This document shows positions 16,406-26,059 of a stretch of 64,000 nt of DNA, in pieces (position 1 is the stretch's first letter; the number at the start of each line of letters is the position of its first letter). This DNA comes from a virus. The notes under the pieces are model-generated. The model saw nothing but the letters and a program-made list of their open reading frames with translations, had not been told where the DNA came from and did not search any database. The stretch lies in the IMG/VR virus record IMGVR_UViG_3300042356_000058, positions 2,506 through 66,505 of that record; one strand, given 5' to 3'. A program made the translations under genes and the position numbers.

Positions 16406-17608
16406 ATGAGCTATGAGAAGATGACTCTCAATCAGAGAGTCCAAGCCGCAAACATTGACTGTATGCGTCACCCTAAATTCGCTTTGCTGTCTGGCGTCAT
16501 CATGCTAGGCAAGAGCGAGGTGTCTACCAAGATACCAACTGCCGCGACCAATGGTCGTGACAAGAAGTATGGCGCTGACTTCATCGCACCACTCAACCGC
16601 AAGCAGATGCGCTACCTTGTACTGCATGAGAACTTTCACGTTGCACTCAAGCACTGCATCTTGTTCAAAGAGTACACACGCAAGATGCCTAAGCTTACCA
16701 ACATAGCACACGACTATGTGGTCAATGCACTCATCGAGGAACTCGACCCTGACTTCAAGTTTGTTGAGCGTCCTACTGAGTCGTTGTGCATTGATCGCAA
16801 GTACTTCGGTTGGTCATTCCCACAGGTACTCAACGACCTCATCAAGAGTGGGCGTAAGGAACCTGATAAGGGTGACAAGGGTGATGGTGATGGCGGTGAC
16901 TTCGATGAGCCCCTTGATGCACACGAGGATGGTGAGTTCGATGACAACCCAGTCGAGCAAGACAAGCTAGGCAAGCAGATCGACGATGCCAATCGTCAAG
17001 GCGAGATACTTGCACGTAAGCTTGCGGGTAAAGAGGGTGGTGGTCGTGACATCTTAGGCACAGCCAAGGAACGCATGACTGACTGGAAGCAAGCATTGCA
17101 GGAATGGATTAGCGCTATCTCTGCGGGCGATGACAACTCACGCTTCTGCCCTCCCAACAAACGCTTGCTCGCATCGGGCTTCGTTATGCCATCACACTTC
17201 ACTGAGTCAGTCGGTGAGTTGATACTTGCTGTCGATACATCGGGCTCTATGTATCCGTACTATCGTCTGCTGTTCGGTGAGATCGCTCGCATCTGCAACA
17301 TCACCAAGCCTGCGGGTGTGCGTGTGTTGTGGTGGGACACTACTGTATGTGGTGACCAAGCGTTCAAGCCTGCTGACTACGAACAGATCGCCTCACTCAT
17401 GAACCCCAAGGGTGGTGGCGGTACTACTCCTGATGTTGTTGTCGACTACATCAAGGAACACAAGATCGACGCTCGGGCAATCGTCTGGTTGACAGATGGT
17501 TACCTTGGTTGCGATACCCCGAATACCCCAATGCCATCTCTGTGGGGTGTGGTAGAGAACGAGTCATTCGTTCCTACCTATGGCAAAGTCTTGCACATTT
17601 CTGTTTAA
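16406..17608 (+). CDS. Putative metallopeptidase plus vWA-domain protein (DUF2201-like)
   Basis: TAATNG, HENFH (HEXXH), DTSGSM MIDAS, GGGGT and LTDGY motifs. Confidence 0.85.
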   Translation: MSYEKMTLNQRVQAANIDCMRHPKFALLSGVIMLGKSEVSTKIPTAATNGRDKKYGADFIAPLNRKQMRYLVLHENFHVALKHCILFKEYTRKMPKLTNIAHDYVVNALIEELDPDFKFVERPTESLCIDRKYFGWSFPQVLNDLIKSGRKEPDKGDKGDGDGGDFDEPLDAHEDGEFDDNPVEQDKLGKQIDDANRQGEILARKLAGKEGGGRDILGTAKERMTDWKQALQEWISAISAGDDNSRFCPPNKRLLASGFVMPSHFTESVGELILAVDTSGSMYPYYRLLFGEIARICNITKPAGVRVLWWDTTVCGDQAFKPADYEQIASLMNPKGGGGTTPDVVVDYIKEHKIDARAIVWLTDGYLGCDTPNTPMPSLWGVVENESFVPTYGKVLHISV

Positions 17609-17631
17609 CTTAATCTTTGGAGATCTTTATC

Positions 17632-18756
17632 ATGAATCAATTCTTATCTGCATCACAAGTTGTTTCCCTCATCGCCGCTGTCGGTGACAAGCGCACAGTA
17701 ATTGTGGAGGGCGAGAACGGCATCGGCAAGACTGCCCTGTTCCATGCCCTGCGTAAGCTACCCAAGTTTGCTGACCACATCGCTGTGCAACCTATCGACT
17801 GCACTCAGTTGTCTGACGGCTCTGTGTGGATGCCTGACCTTGATCGTGAGAATGGCGTGTCTCGTGAGTTACCCAACGAGCGCTTCGGTGTCAGTGCGTT
17901 CAATCAACTTGGTGTCAACAACTCCAAGCCTATCCTCGTAGGTCTGGACGAGATCGCCAAGGCACCGCAGTTCATCAAGAACGTGTTGGCTCCGATCATC
18001 TATGAGCGCAGGGTCGGCAACCTGAGCATGCCTGAGGGTAGTGTCGTTGTGTGCTTCACCAATCTATCTATCGAGGGTCTTGGTGATTCCATCCAAGCGC
18101 ACTTACGTAATCGTCTGGTGTTCGTCAAGATGCGTAAGCCTAGCGCTGATGAGTGGGTCAAGTGGGCTACTGACAATGGCGTCAACCCAATGATTATTGC
18201 TTTCGTCAGCAACGAGCCACGCGTTATGCAATCGTTCCTTGACTACGAGAAGGGCGGTATGTTCGAGGGCAAGGACTTGTCCAAGGACAACGGCTTCATC
18301 TTCAACCCCAAGTCTACGCAACTTGCATACGCTACACCTCGCTCGTTGGTTGCCGCTAGTGACATCCTCGATGCGGGTCTTGGTGTTCTCGATGACGACA
18401 CACTTGAGGCGGCTCTCGTTGGTACTGTCGGTGCTACTACTGCACAGGCATTGTCATCGTTCATTCGCTTCGGTCGTGAGATCTGTGAGTATGCGCGTGT
18501 CATCAAGTCACCTGACACAGCACCGCTGTCTGACAATCCCACAGCACAGCTTATCCAAGTATTCCAGTTCGTTACTCGTGTAGCGGACAGGACAGAAGCA
18601 GAAGCCATCGTCAAGTACGTATGGCGTATGCGTGCAGAGATGCAGTCAATCTTCTGCAACACAGTAGCAACAAGTCAGCGTGTGGCTTTGTTCGCTACGA
18701 TCAATGAGTTCGGTCGCATGTTAGCCGAGCACAAAATCTTTTTCTCAACCAAGTAA
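17632..18756 (+). CDS. MoxR-like AAA+ ATPase
   Basis: Walker A GENGIGKT, Walker B GLDE, LRNR arginine finger, TPRS sensor. Confidence 0.85.
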   Translation: MNQFLSASQVVSLIAAVGDKRTVIVEGENGIGKTALFHALRKLPKFADHIAVQPIDCTQLSDGSVWMPDLDRENGVSRELPNERFGVSAFNQLGVNNSKPILVGLDEIAKAPQFIKNVLAPIIYERRVGNLSMPEGSVVVCFTNLSIEGLGDSIQAHLRNRLVFVKMRKPSADEWVKWATDNGVNPMIIAFVSNEPRVMQSFLDYEKGGMFEGKDLSKDNGFIFNPKSTQLAYATPRSLVAASDILDAGLGVLDDDTLEAALVGTVGATTAQALSSFIRFGREICEYARVIKSPDTAPLSDNPTAQLIQVFQFVTRVADRTEAEAIVKYVWRMRAEMQSIFCNTVATSQRVALFATINEFGRMLAEHKIFFSTK

Positions 18757-18977
18757 TGCGAAAGAAGAAAAAGAAACCTGTACCACCACCTATTGCGTAT
18801 CACGCTAGATGGTGGCCTAACGACCCTGTTCGCAAGCGTGCATCAATCCAAATTAAACGAGGCTCTGACGTAGTCTACGAAGTTTGGTTTGATGACATCA
18901 ACGAACAGGAACTGCAACAAATGGAATCCGTAATCTTAGACCTTTATATAGTAGGAGTTAATCATGAATACAACTAG
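18756..18977 (+). CDS. Hypothetical protein (73 aa)
   Basis: TAATG-coupled to the AAA gene. Confidence 0.55.
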   Translation: MRKKKKKPVPPPIAYHARWWPNDPVRKRASIQIKRGSDVVYEVWFDDINEQELQQMESVILDLYIVGVNHEYN

Positions 18978-19851
18978 TACCCCCCGCCTCAACATCGACA
19001 CATGCGCAATGCTTGTGGAGTTCAACGCTTCTGTGTGGACAGCACGTAAGCTAGACAAGACTACCACCAACGAAGTGGTAGCAAGCAAGAACGCGGGGGC
19101 TAAAGATGCCGCCCGTGTCAACAAGCACCTGCTCGCAGGTCGCACCGAGTTGGACATCATCCAACAAGCGGTCGGTCGCGCACGTCAATTCGTGTACGAC
19201 AACACAGCACCTTGGTCTGACTCAGGTCTGCGTCTCTTACCTACTGTCAACTTCATGAAGTTCACTGAGCGCATGAATGACTTCGAGGAAGAGATGGAGA
19301 CGCTGGTCAAGGCTTTCGTTGTTATCTACCCTACGCTTATCACAGCGCAGGCATTGGCTCTCGGTGACATGTTCAAGAGAGATGACTACCCATCCGCTAA
19401 TGAGATGATGACTAAGTTCTCATTCCGCGTTAACTACATGCCAGTCCCATCATCGGGTGACTTCCGTGTAGACGTAGGCAACCAAGCACAGGCAGAACTC
19501 AAGCAACGTCTTGAGTCTCTGACACAGGAACGCATCGACTCTGCTATGGCAGACGTGCGTGAGAGACTTAGCACCCACCTCAAACGTATGTCAGACAGAT
19601 TGACTACTGACTATGTAGGCGGTGAGGCTAAGCAAAGGCGCTTCCACGACACGCTTGTCGATGGTGCGCTTGAGTTGTGTGATCTCACTAAGGCATTGAA
19701 CGTGACAAACGACACAACGCTTGAGACTGCACGTAGTCAGTTAGAGCAGTTACTTGTGGGCGTGACGCCTGCTGATCTGCGTAAGAACGAGGCTATTCGT
19801 CAAGACGTCAAGAAGAACGTCGATGCCATCCTCGACAAGTTTAACTTCTGA
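18964..19851 (+). CDS. Helical hypothetical protein (DUF3150-like, 295 aa)
   Basis: VWTARKLD, PWSDSGLRLLP and YP motifs; TAGGAG RBS. Confidence 0.7.
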   Translation: MNTTSTPRLNIDTCAMLVEFNASVWTARKLDKTTTNEVVASKNAGAKDAARVNKHLLAGRTELDIIQQAVGRARQFVYDNTAPWSDSGLRLLPTVNFMKFTERMNDFEEEMETLVKAFVVIYPTLITAQALALGDMFKRDDYPSANEMMTKFSFRVNYMPVPSSGDFRVDVGNQAQAELKQRLESLTQERIDSAMADVRERLSTHLKRMSDRLTTDYVGGEAKQRRFHDTLVDGALELCDLTKALNVTNDTTLETARSQLEQLLVGVTPADLRKNEAIRQDVKKNVDAILDKFNF

Positions 19852-19861
19852 AAGGTACACC

Positions 19862-20020
19862 ATGGACACCACATACTTAACCAAGGTTCGTCGCATCTTT
19901 GCCACCTACGATGCACCACCTGAAACAATTCGTAGCTATCAACGCCAATGGGTGCGCTCAATCCGCACTCTGGGTAACAAGTGGTTGGTTGCTCGCCCTG
20001 TTCCACGCTTGGAGTCGTGA
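19862..20020 (+). CDS. Small hypothetical protein (52 aa)
   Basis: AAGG RBS; MDTTYLTKVRR...YQRQWVRSIRTLGNKW. Confidence 0.65.
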   Translation: MDTTYLTKVRRIFATYDAPPETIRSYQRQWVRSIRTLGNKWLVARPVPRLES

Positions 20021-20751
20021 TGCGCTTTCGTCGTACTGCTACACCCAAGAAGTACCTGTCTGCGGGGGAGGTAGAGAGTCGTCTGTATGGCGCACCTCTG
20101 CCTGACCTACATAAGCACACGCGCCCCCTTAGTGGGGGTGCGTTGGAAGCGAAAGAAATACTCAACAACCTAGCACCAAGAAAGGGAACACTCATCATGC
20201 CTGATCTACAGTCAGCACTCAAAAACGCAATCGAATCGTGGGAGCCAACTCCCACAGGACAACAACTCAAGGAGAAACTTATGCCCAAGCAATCATTCCC
20301 AATTCAGAACAATGTTACCCGCGTAGTATTTGATTACGTGAAACTCCACCCCGGCACGACATCCGCCGCCGCCAGTCGTGATCTAGTTAAGCATGGATTT
20401 AAAGAGTCATCAGTCACAGCACTCATGGCGCAGTTCGTTCGTGCGGGGCTTGCTGTGCGAGATAACAACCACGGCTATCGTGTTACTGTGGACGAGTACA
20501 CACCTATGAAGGCGAGCGCTAAGTACGCCAAGAAGACTGCGAAAGTCAAGCCAGCGACCACTAAAGACCACAAGCGACCACAAGCGACCGCAAATGACGG
20601 CATTGCCGCGCTACAACCTGATGCTACCGCCGTCAAGCGAATGGTGAATACTATTGTGTTCGGTAAGCCTCCAGAAGAAGTTATCAAGAACATGACTGTG
20701 TTGCAAGCACGCGAGTTGTACGACTACCTCAAGAGAATCTTCGGCGGATAG
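20020..20751 (+). CDS. Hypothetical protein, possible winged HTH; start uncertain
   Basis: VFDYVKLHPGTTS...ESSVTALMAQFVRAG; alternative start near 20197. Confidence 0.6.
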   Translation: MRFRRTATPKKYLSAGEVESRLYGAPLPDLHKHTRPLSGGALEAKEILNNLAPRKGTLIMPDLQSALKNAIESWEPTPTGQQLKEKLMPKQSFPIQNNVTRVVFDYVKLHPGTTSAAASRDLVKHGFKESSVTALMAQFVRAGLAVRDNNHGYRVTVDEYTPMKASAKYAKKTAKVKPATTKDHKRPQATANDGIAALQPDATAVKRMVNTIVFGKPPEEVIKNMTVLQARELYDYLKRIFGG

Positions 20752-20752
20752 T

Positions 20753-20848
20753 ATGACGTGGCCCTTTCCCCTATTCCCAAACCCCAAGGACAAGGGCAAC
20801 CGAGTCCCTAAATTTAACCCCGACAACCACGAGGATGCACCAAGATGA
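20753..20848 (+). CDS. Small Pro-rich peptide (31 aa)
   Basis: MTWPFPLFPNPKDKGNRVPKFNPDNHEDAPR; ATGA-coupled to the next gene. Confidence 0.5.
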   Translation: MTWPFPLFPNPKDKGNRVPKFNPDNHEDAPR

Positions 20849-21090
20849 CACAAGATGAAATCATTGCGATGCTCAGAGCATCGTGCGACAAAGACAAAGT
20901 AGACCCTGAGCAAAATGGCTTTTGGATAATCCATACTGATGAACTTGAAGCCTTTGCCAAGCTAGTAGCAGAGCATGAGCGTGAGGCGTGTGCCGATATT
21001 GCTGAGAATTGGAACAGCAATGGCATGCCTAGAACTGGAGTAGCAAATGAAATCCGAGCAAGGAGAAGAACACATGAAGAAGCTCAGTGA
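20845..21090 (+). CDS. Hypothetical protein (81 aa)
   Basis: EREACA motif; GAGG RBS. Confidence 0.75.
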   Translation: MTQDEIIAMLRASCDKDKVDPEQNGFWIIHTDELEAFAKLVAEHEREACADIAENWNSNGMPRTGVANEIRARRRTHEEAQ

Positions 21091-21343
21091 AACCACGGCA
21101 AGGACAACCATCGGCATGATGCGTTCAATGGCAAGTCATGTACCAATCAGCCCCTTTCATTTGCAAGCCGCTAAAGATATGGAAGACATGCTTGCAGAAC
21201 TGTCGGAGTTACGCAAGCTGGGCAGAGGTAGCGGTAAGCGCAATGACGTACTAGAAGAAGTGGCGTTGGAGTTTGAGAAGATGAAAAACTTCGGTGACAC
21301 AAGCGCAAGCTTTGCTGTGTTTGTGCGGAGTATGAAAAAGTGA
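21074..21343 (+). CDS. Hypothetical protein (89 aa)
   Basis: AGGAG RBS before ATG 21074. Confidence 0.7.
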   Translation: MKKLSETTARTTIGMMRSMASHVPISPFHLQAAKDMEDMLAELSELRKLGRGSGKRNDVLEEVALEFEKMKNFGDTSASFAVFVRSMKK

Positions 21344-21606
21344 AAAGCAATCACAACATCATTCGAGAACTACTCAAACAGTACCCCGATGGTTTGAAGT
21401 CAAGCGATATAGCTAAGCTCACGGGCATAGACAATCGTTCTGTCAACAAATCATTGGAGGGTGTGTTTGGTGTGTACGTAGATCGGTGGGAGAAGTCAAC
21501 TCACCGCAATACACTAGCCGCAATATGGGTCGTCGTTGACGTACCCGAGAACTGCCCGAAACCAAATAACATGGGCAGAAGAACCAAATTAAATTCAAAG
21601 GACTGA
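21340..21606 (+). CDS. Putative HTH DNA-binding protein (88 aa)
   Basis: DGLKSSDIAKLTGIDNRSVNKSL helix-turn-helix pattern. Confidence 0.6.
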   Translation: MKSNHNIIRELLKQYPDGLKSSDIAKLTGIDNRSVNKSLEGVFGVYVDRWEKSTHRNTLAAIWVVVDVPENCPKPNNMGRRTKLNSKD

Positions 21607-21629
21607 CGTGTTCACGATAAGATGATTTG

Positions 21630-21756
21630 TGCAAGCCCAGTAGATGCGACCACACTTTGTCGGCAACAAGGGGCGTCCAGTCCTTTGAGTATTGACCTCT
21701 TGTTGCCATTCCGCAACGCGACACGAGGGGGCGCGTAATCTACTTTACCCCCTCAC
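21630..21756 (+). ncRNA. Candidate pseudoknotted structured RNA
   Basis: Four complementary pairs in a 170-bp spacer (see findings). Confidence 0.55.
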
Positions 21757-21776
21757 CTAATTAACAGGAGGTTGAC

Positions 21777-22058
21777 ATGTCAACACCAGAAGTAAAAGTC
21801 AAGAAGCAGATACGCAAGATACTAGATGAGTTGGGCGTGTACTACGCCATGCCCATCGGGACAGGGTACGGGAACTCGGGCGTGCCTGACTTCCTTGTAT
21901 GTGCTAACGGCAAGTTCGTTGGCATTGAAGCGAAAGCAGGTAGGGGTAAAACCACCGCGCTACAAGAAGCCCATCTGAGCCGCATACGTGGCGCAGGGGG
22001 GACGGCAGTTGTCATTAACGAAGACAACATACACACATTAAAGGAGGTTTTATCATGA
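21777..22058 (+). CDS. VRR-NUC family nuclease / Holliday junction resolvase
   Basis: PE..VK...GVPD..V...GKFVGIEAK....TALQ PD-(D/E)xK pattern. Confidence 0.85.
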   Translation: MSTPEVKVKKQIRKILDELGVYYAMPIGTGYGNSGVPDFLVCANGKFVGIEAKAGRGKTTALQEAHLSRIRGAGGTAVVINEDNIHTLKEVLS

Positions 22059-22336
22059 CGGAAATGATGTCACAAGAAGAGTTAGAGCAACGTGTTGGAG
22101 AGATGTCGGATGCCGAGCAAGCACACTTCAAGCTACTCATACACAAGTTGGTCATGTGCTACGGCAAAGGCAACGCGCAAGCTGTTGTCATCATGGGTCG
22201 TGCGGAAGATAGCATAGCGGGAGTCGTCACCCTAAACTGTGATGAGATGGAGGCGTCGCAACTCATGTTGGCGGCAAACGATTTTTTCGGCTTTCTAAAC
22301 GTCGTGGACGCACCGCCCAAGGAGAAGTTTAATTGA
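22055..22336 (+). CDS. Hypothetical protein (93 aa)
   Basis: AAGGAGG RBS; coupled on both sides. Confidence 0.75.
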   Translation: MTEMMSQEELEQRVGEMSDAEQAHFKLLIHKLVMCYGKGNAQAVVIMGRAEDSIAGVVTLNCDEMEASQLMLAANDFFGFLNVVDAPPKEKFN

Positions 22337-24300
22337 CCAAACCATTCGACAAAATAATAACCATCGACTTTGAGACGTACTGGGACAGCAAAGAGTACAC
22401 GCTCTCTAAGATGACAACCGAGGAGTACATACGCCATGAAAAATTTAGAGCGTTCGGAGCTTGCGTCCATGTATACGGAAGCGATGAACCAATTAGATGG
22501 TTTGGAGATACAGAGTTACGTGAGTACCTTGATGGGGTCGACTGGGGACGAACCGCAGTGCTTGCCCACAACGCACAGTTCGATGTATCAATTATGGAGT
22601 GGAGATACAACGCCCGACCATGTTTCATCTTCGACACGTTATCGATGGCGCGAGCTTTACGTGGCGTGGAAGTTGGTAACAGTCTTGCCAAGCTTTCCAA
22701 CGACTTTGGACTTGCCCCAAAGGGTAACGCTATTTACTCGACAAACGGATTGTCCGAACTTACCCCTGTTGTTGAGGAAGAACTTGCGAACTACTGCAAA
22801 CATGATGTGTATCTGTGCGAGGAAATATTCAAGAGACTTGTTGTTGCTTACCCATCCAAAGAGTTAAGGCTCATAGACATGACGCTCAAGATGTATACGC
22901 GTCCGCTGTTGCAATTAGATCAACCAATGTTAATCAAGGCATTAGCCGAGGAAGGAAACGCTCGTGAACAACTACTTCAGAGGCTCGGCGTGGAAGATGC
23001 TGAGTTGGCATCGAACCCAAAGTTTGCTGAACTACTTACAAAACTCGGTGTGGTTCCGCCAACCAAGACAAGTAAGACGACAGGCAGGACAACACTTGCC
23101 CTCGCTAAAAATGATGCCCTATTTCAGACGTTGCTTAACAGTGAACGTGAAGACGTTGCCTTACTTTGTCAAGCGCGTCTTAAAGTTAAATCAACCACTG
23201 AGAGAACGCGTGCCCAAAGATTCCTTGACATCGGCAAACGCGGCACGCTTCCGGTTCCGCTCTCGTACTACGGGGCGCAGACGGGTAGGTGGACGGCGGC
23301 CAAAGGCTCGGCCATCAACATGCAAAACCTCAAGCGAGGTTCGTTCCTACGTAAAGCAATTATGGCTCCCGAGGGCTATCAACTGGTCGTTGGGGACTTA
23401 TCTCAGATTGAACCGCGAGTTCTCGCATGGCTTTCGGATTACCAAGATATGCTCGACATCTTCAAGGGAGGTGGTGACCCTTACGCGGCTTTCGGGGCTC
23501 AAATGTTTAACATACCGAACCTCACCAAAGACTCTCATCCAGACCTACGCCAATCTGCAAAGTCTGCGCTACTTGGGTGCGGTTACGGCCTCGGTTGGGC
23601 TTCGTTTGCCTCTCAACTACTCGTCGGATTCCTCGGTGCACCACCGGTCAGGTATTCGAAAGACTTTGCTAAGAGGTTAGGCGTTGACTCGGAGTACGCT
23701 GAATCATTCGCCAAGTGGAACGGCAACGACGAGAAGATGTTTGACATCCCACACACTTGTTCTACCAAGGAGTTGTTGCATCATGTGCTTGCGTCCAAAG
23801 CTATCATAGATACGTATAGGAGAACCGCGCACCCTGTTGTAGCGTTCTGGAGTCTCTGTGAAACAGCTTTACACAGGGCGCTTGTCAATGGTGAGGAACT
23901 GGTGTATAAATGTGTTACGTTCCGCAAAGGTGAGATAGAATTACCAAACGGGATGAAGTTGTTGTACCCCAATCTTCGCTATGAGAAGGACGACAAAGGT
24001 AGGAGCCAAGCAGTCTACGGGCCACACGCTACCAAGTTGTATGCAGGGAAAATAACGAACAACATTACGCAGGCATTAGCACGTATTGTTATGACGGATG
24101 GTATGTTGAGGGTAGCAAAGAAATACCCAATCGCAGGCACAGTGCATGACGAACTGATTGCTGTTGTACCTGACGATGAAGTGGTTGACGCTAAGACTTG
24201 GGTCTTGGCGCAAATGACTATGGAGCCAAGCTATATGCAAGGTATTCCATTGGACGCTGACGGTGGCGCTCACCGTAGATATGGGTTAGCAAAAAACTAG
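22333..24300 (+). CDS. polA: Family A DNA polymerase with 3'-5' exonuclease
   Basis: Exo DFETY, HNAQFD, YCKHD; TGRW; motif A DLSQIEPR; motif B RQSAKSALLGCGYG; motif C VHDE. Confidence 0.95.
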   Translation: MTKPFDKIITIDFETYWDSKEYTLSKMTTEEYIRHEKFRAFGACVHVYGSDEPIRWFGDTELREYLDGVDWGRTAVLAHNAQFDVSIMEWRYNARPCFIFDTLSMARALRGVEVGNSLAKLSNDFGLAPKGNAIYSTNGLSELTPVVEEELANYCKHDVYLCEEIFKRLVVAYPSKELRLIDMTLKMYTRPLLQLDQPMLIKALAEEGNAREQLLQRLGVEDAELASNPKFAELLTKLGVVPPTKTSKTTGRTTLALAKNDALFQTLLNSEREDVALLCQARLKVKSTTERTRAQRFLDIGKRGTLPVPLSYYGAQTGRWTAAKGSAINMQNLKRGSFLRKAIMAPEGYQLVVGDLSQIEPRVLAWLSDYQDMLDIFKGGGDPYAAFGAQMFNIPNLTKDSHPDLRQSAKSALLGCGYGLGWASFASQLLVGFLGAPPVRYSKDFAKRLGVDSEYAESFAKWNGNDEKMFDIPHTCSTKELLHHVLASKAIIDTYRRTAHPVVAFWSLCETALHRALVNGEELVYKCVTFRKGEIELPNGMKLLYPNLRYEKDDKGRSQAVYGPHATKLYAGKITNNITQALARIVMTDGMLRVAKKYPIAGTVHDELIAVVPDDEVVDAKTWVLAQMTMEPSYMQGIPLDADGGAHRRYGLAKN

Positions 24301-24308
24301 GAGAAGCA

Positions 24309-24605
24309 ATGCAGATACCAAAACAAGTATCGGTTGGCAGAAAGACGTATGTCATTACCCGACCGCACACAATCCAAGACCCTGCGTCTTATGGGCGCAC
24401 GTACTACGACGAGAACCGCATTGAGATAGCGCGGTTCGACAATCAAGGCAACACGTTTGAGCAAGAAGAAATCGACGACACGTTCTGGCATGAGCTTACA
24501 CACTGCATCCTGTACGACATGGGCAACAGCCTGTGTGACAACGAGCGCTTCGTTACAGCTTTCGCCAACCGCCTTTCTCAAGCAGTCAACTCAGCAAAAT
24601 TATGA
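24309..24605 (+). CDS. Small HEXXH metallopeptidase-like protein
   Basis: TFWHELTHCIL...NERFV. Confidence 0.7.
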   Translation: MQIPKQVSVGRKTYVITRPHTIQDPASYGRTYYDENRIEIARFDNQGNTFEQEEIDDTFWHELTHCILYDMGNSLCDNERFVTAFANRLSQAVNSAKL

Positions 24606-25267
24606 AACAACCCGCATGGTCACACTCAGCCCTCAAAGATTTCGAGGGTTGCCAACGCCGATACCAAGAGGTCAAGGTCTTGAAGAACTACCCGTTCACT
24701 GAGACTGAGGCAACACGTTACGGCAATCAGGTACACAAGGCTATTGAGGACTACATCGGAGAGGGTAAACCAATACCGCCTGAGTACTCACAGTTTCAAC
24801 CTGTGGTGGACGCCATGCTGAAGAAGAGTGGGCGCAAGCTTGCCGAGTATGAGATGGCGCTGACTGTCGACCTCAAGCCAACAGGTTGGAAAGACAAAGA
24901 CGTATGGGTGCGCGGCATTGCTGACATCCTAGTCGTTGACGACGACAACCTCACAGCTTGGGTGGGTGACTGGAAGACTGGCAACAACAAGTATCCGGAT
25001 AGAGATCAGCTTGTCCTGATGTCGCTCATGGTGTTTGCCCACTTCCCACACATCCGCAAGGTCAACTCTGCTCTGCTATTCATTGTCAAGAACGACATGG
25101 TCAAGATGTCGATGGCGCGAGAAGATGCCGACAAACACTGGTGGGACTACCGCGAGCGTACTGCGCGGCTTGAAGCTAGCTTTGCCAACGATGTGTGGAA
25201 CCCAAACCAAACACCTCTGTGCGGGTGGTGTCCAGTAAAAACCTGCGAATTTAATAAGAAACACTAG
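24602..25267 (+). CDS. Cas4/RecB-like PD-(D/E)xK exonuclease
   Basis: E..., GIAD, DWKTG, QL; one N-terminal Cys plus C-terminal CxxC...C. Confidence 0.85.
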   Translation: MKQPAWSHSALKDFEGCQRRYQEVKVLKNYPFTETEATRYGNQVHKAIEDYIGEGKPIPPEYSQFQPVVDAMLKKSGRKLAEYEMALTVDLKPTGWKDKDVWVRGIADILVVDDDNLTAWVGDWKTGNNKYPDRDQLVLMSLMVFAHFPHIRKVNSALLFIVKNDMVKMSMAREDADKHWWDYRERTARLEASFANDVWNPNQTPLCGWCPVKTCEFNKKH

Positions 25268-25276
25268 GAGAAACAA

Positions 25277-25591
25277 ATGGCCTTACATTCACCAAACGAG
25301 TTCACGCAAACCCCATGCAAATGCCACATTTGCCATCAAGAAATTAGAGAAGACCAATACGCCATCGAGCACTCAGACCATGGCGTGCTATCGCAGAGCA
25401 CAGACCCCCGAGTGGCCAACATACACGACCACATTGAGGGCTACGTGTCATTGTGGTTTCACCCAGAATGTGCGACAGTTATGGCGTTGCGCCTTGCTCA
25501 TGACGTAATGCGCGTCAAAATGGGTAAAGATCAACCCGCCCGAGTGGTAGACAGCCTAAGGGCGATCTCAAAAGTTAACCAAGCCAGATAG
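25277..25591 (+). CDS. Hypothetical Zn-binding protein (104 aa)
   Basis: CHIC...HPEC. Confidence 0.7.
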   Translation: MALHSPNEFTQTPCKCHICHQEIREDQYAIEHSDHGVLSQSTDPRVANIHDHIEGYVSLWFHPECATVMALRLAHDVMRVKMGKDQPARVVDSLRAISKVNQAR

Positions 25592-25602
25592 GAAAACTCA
25601 TC

Positions 25603-25860
25603 ATGCCTTACGCACCCGGCAACCGCCCATCGTATGAACCATATCAAAAAACTGAGAAAGCCAAGAAAGCTAGAGCCGCTTCAAACAAAGCGCGGCGCAT
25701 GCTTGAACGTGAAGGACTAGTACATAAAGGAGACGGCAAAGATGTCGACCACAAAAAGCCATTATCAAAAGGTGGAACGACCACACGTTCGAATCTCCGC
25801 GTCAAAGACGCGAGCGCAAACCGTTCGTATGCGCGAAAGTCAGACCACTCTATTAAGTGA
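25603..25860 (+). CDS. Small HNH endonuclease (85 aa)
   Basis: DVDHKKPLSKGG...SNLRV....NR. Confidence 0.8.
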   Translation: MPYAPGNRPSYEPYQKTEKAKKARAASNKARRMLEREGLVHKGDGKDVDHKKPLSKGGTTTRSNLRVKDASANRSYARKSDHSIK

Positions 25861-26044
25861 CATACCTACTACAAGACTTATTGATCTCTGGGTAGCGCGT
25901 TGGGGACATGACTGGGTTGATCTACAGGATGTAGTAAGCGACCCATTCTACAAAGACGCGTATGACCGAATGAGAAGAGAAGGTGAACTTGAGGTTCACT
26001 TCCTAACCGACCGCTCTAAGTATGTGTGTCGCAACCCAAAATAA
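25829..26044 (+). CDS. Hypothetical protein, paralogue of the next gene; start uncertain
   Basis: IPTTRLIDLWVARWGHDWVD. Confidence 0.6.
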   Translation: MRESQTTLLSDIPTTRLIDLWVARWGHDWVDLQDVVSDPFYKDAYDRMRREGELEVHFLTDRSKYVCRNPK

Positions 26045-26059
26045 ATTAAGGAGAAGCAA

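Noticed and set aside
24602-25267. CRISPR-Cas system implied by the Cas4-like gene
   Set aside because: Solo Cas4-like exonucleases are common in phage replication modules; no array or other cas genes seen
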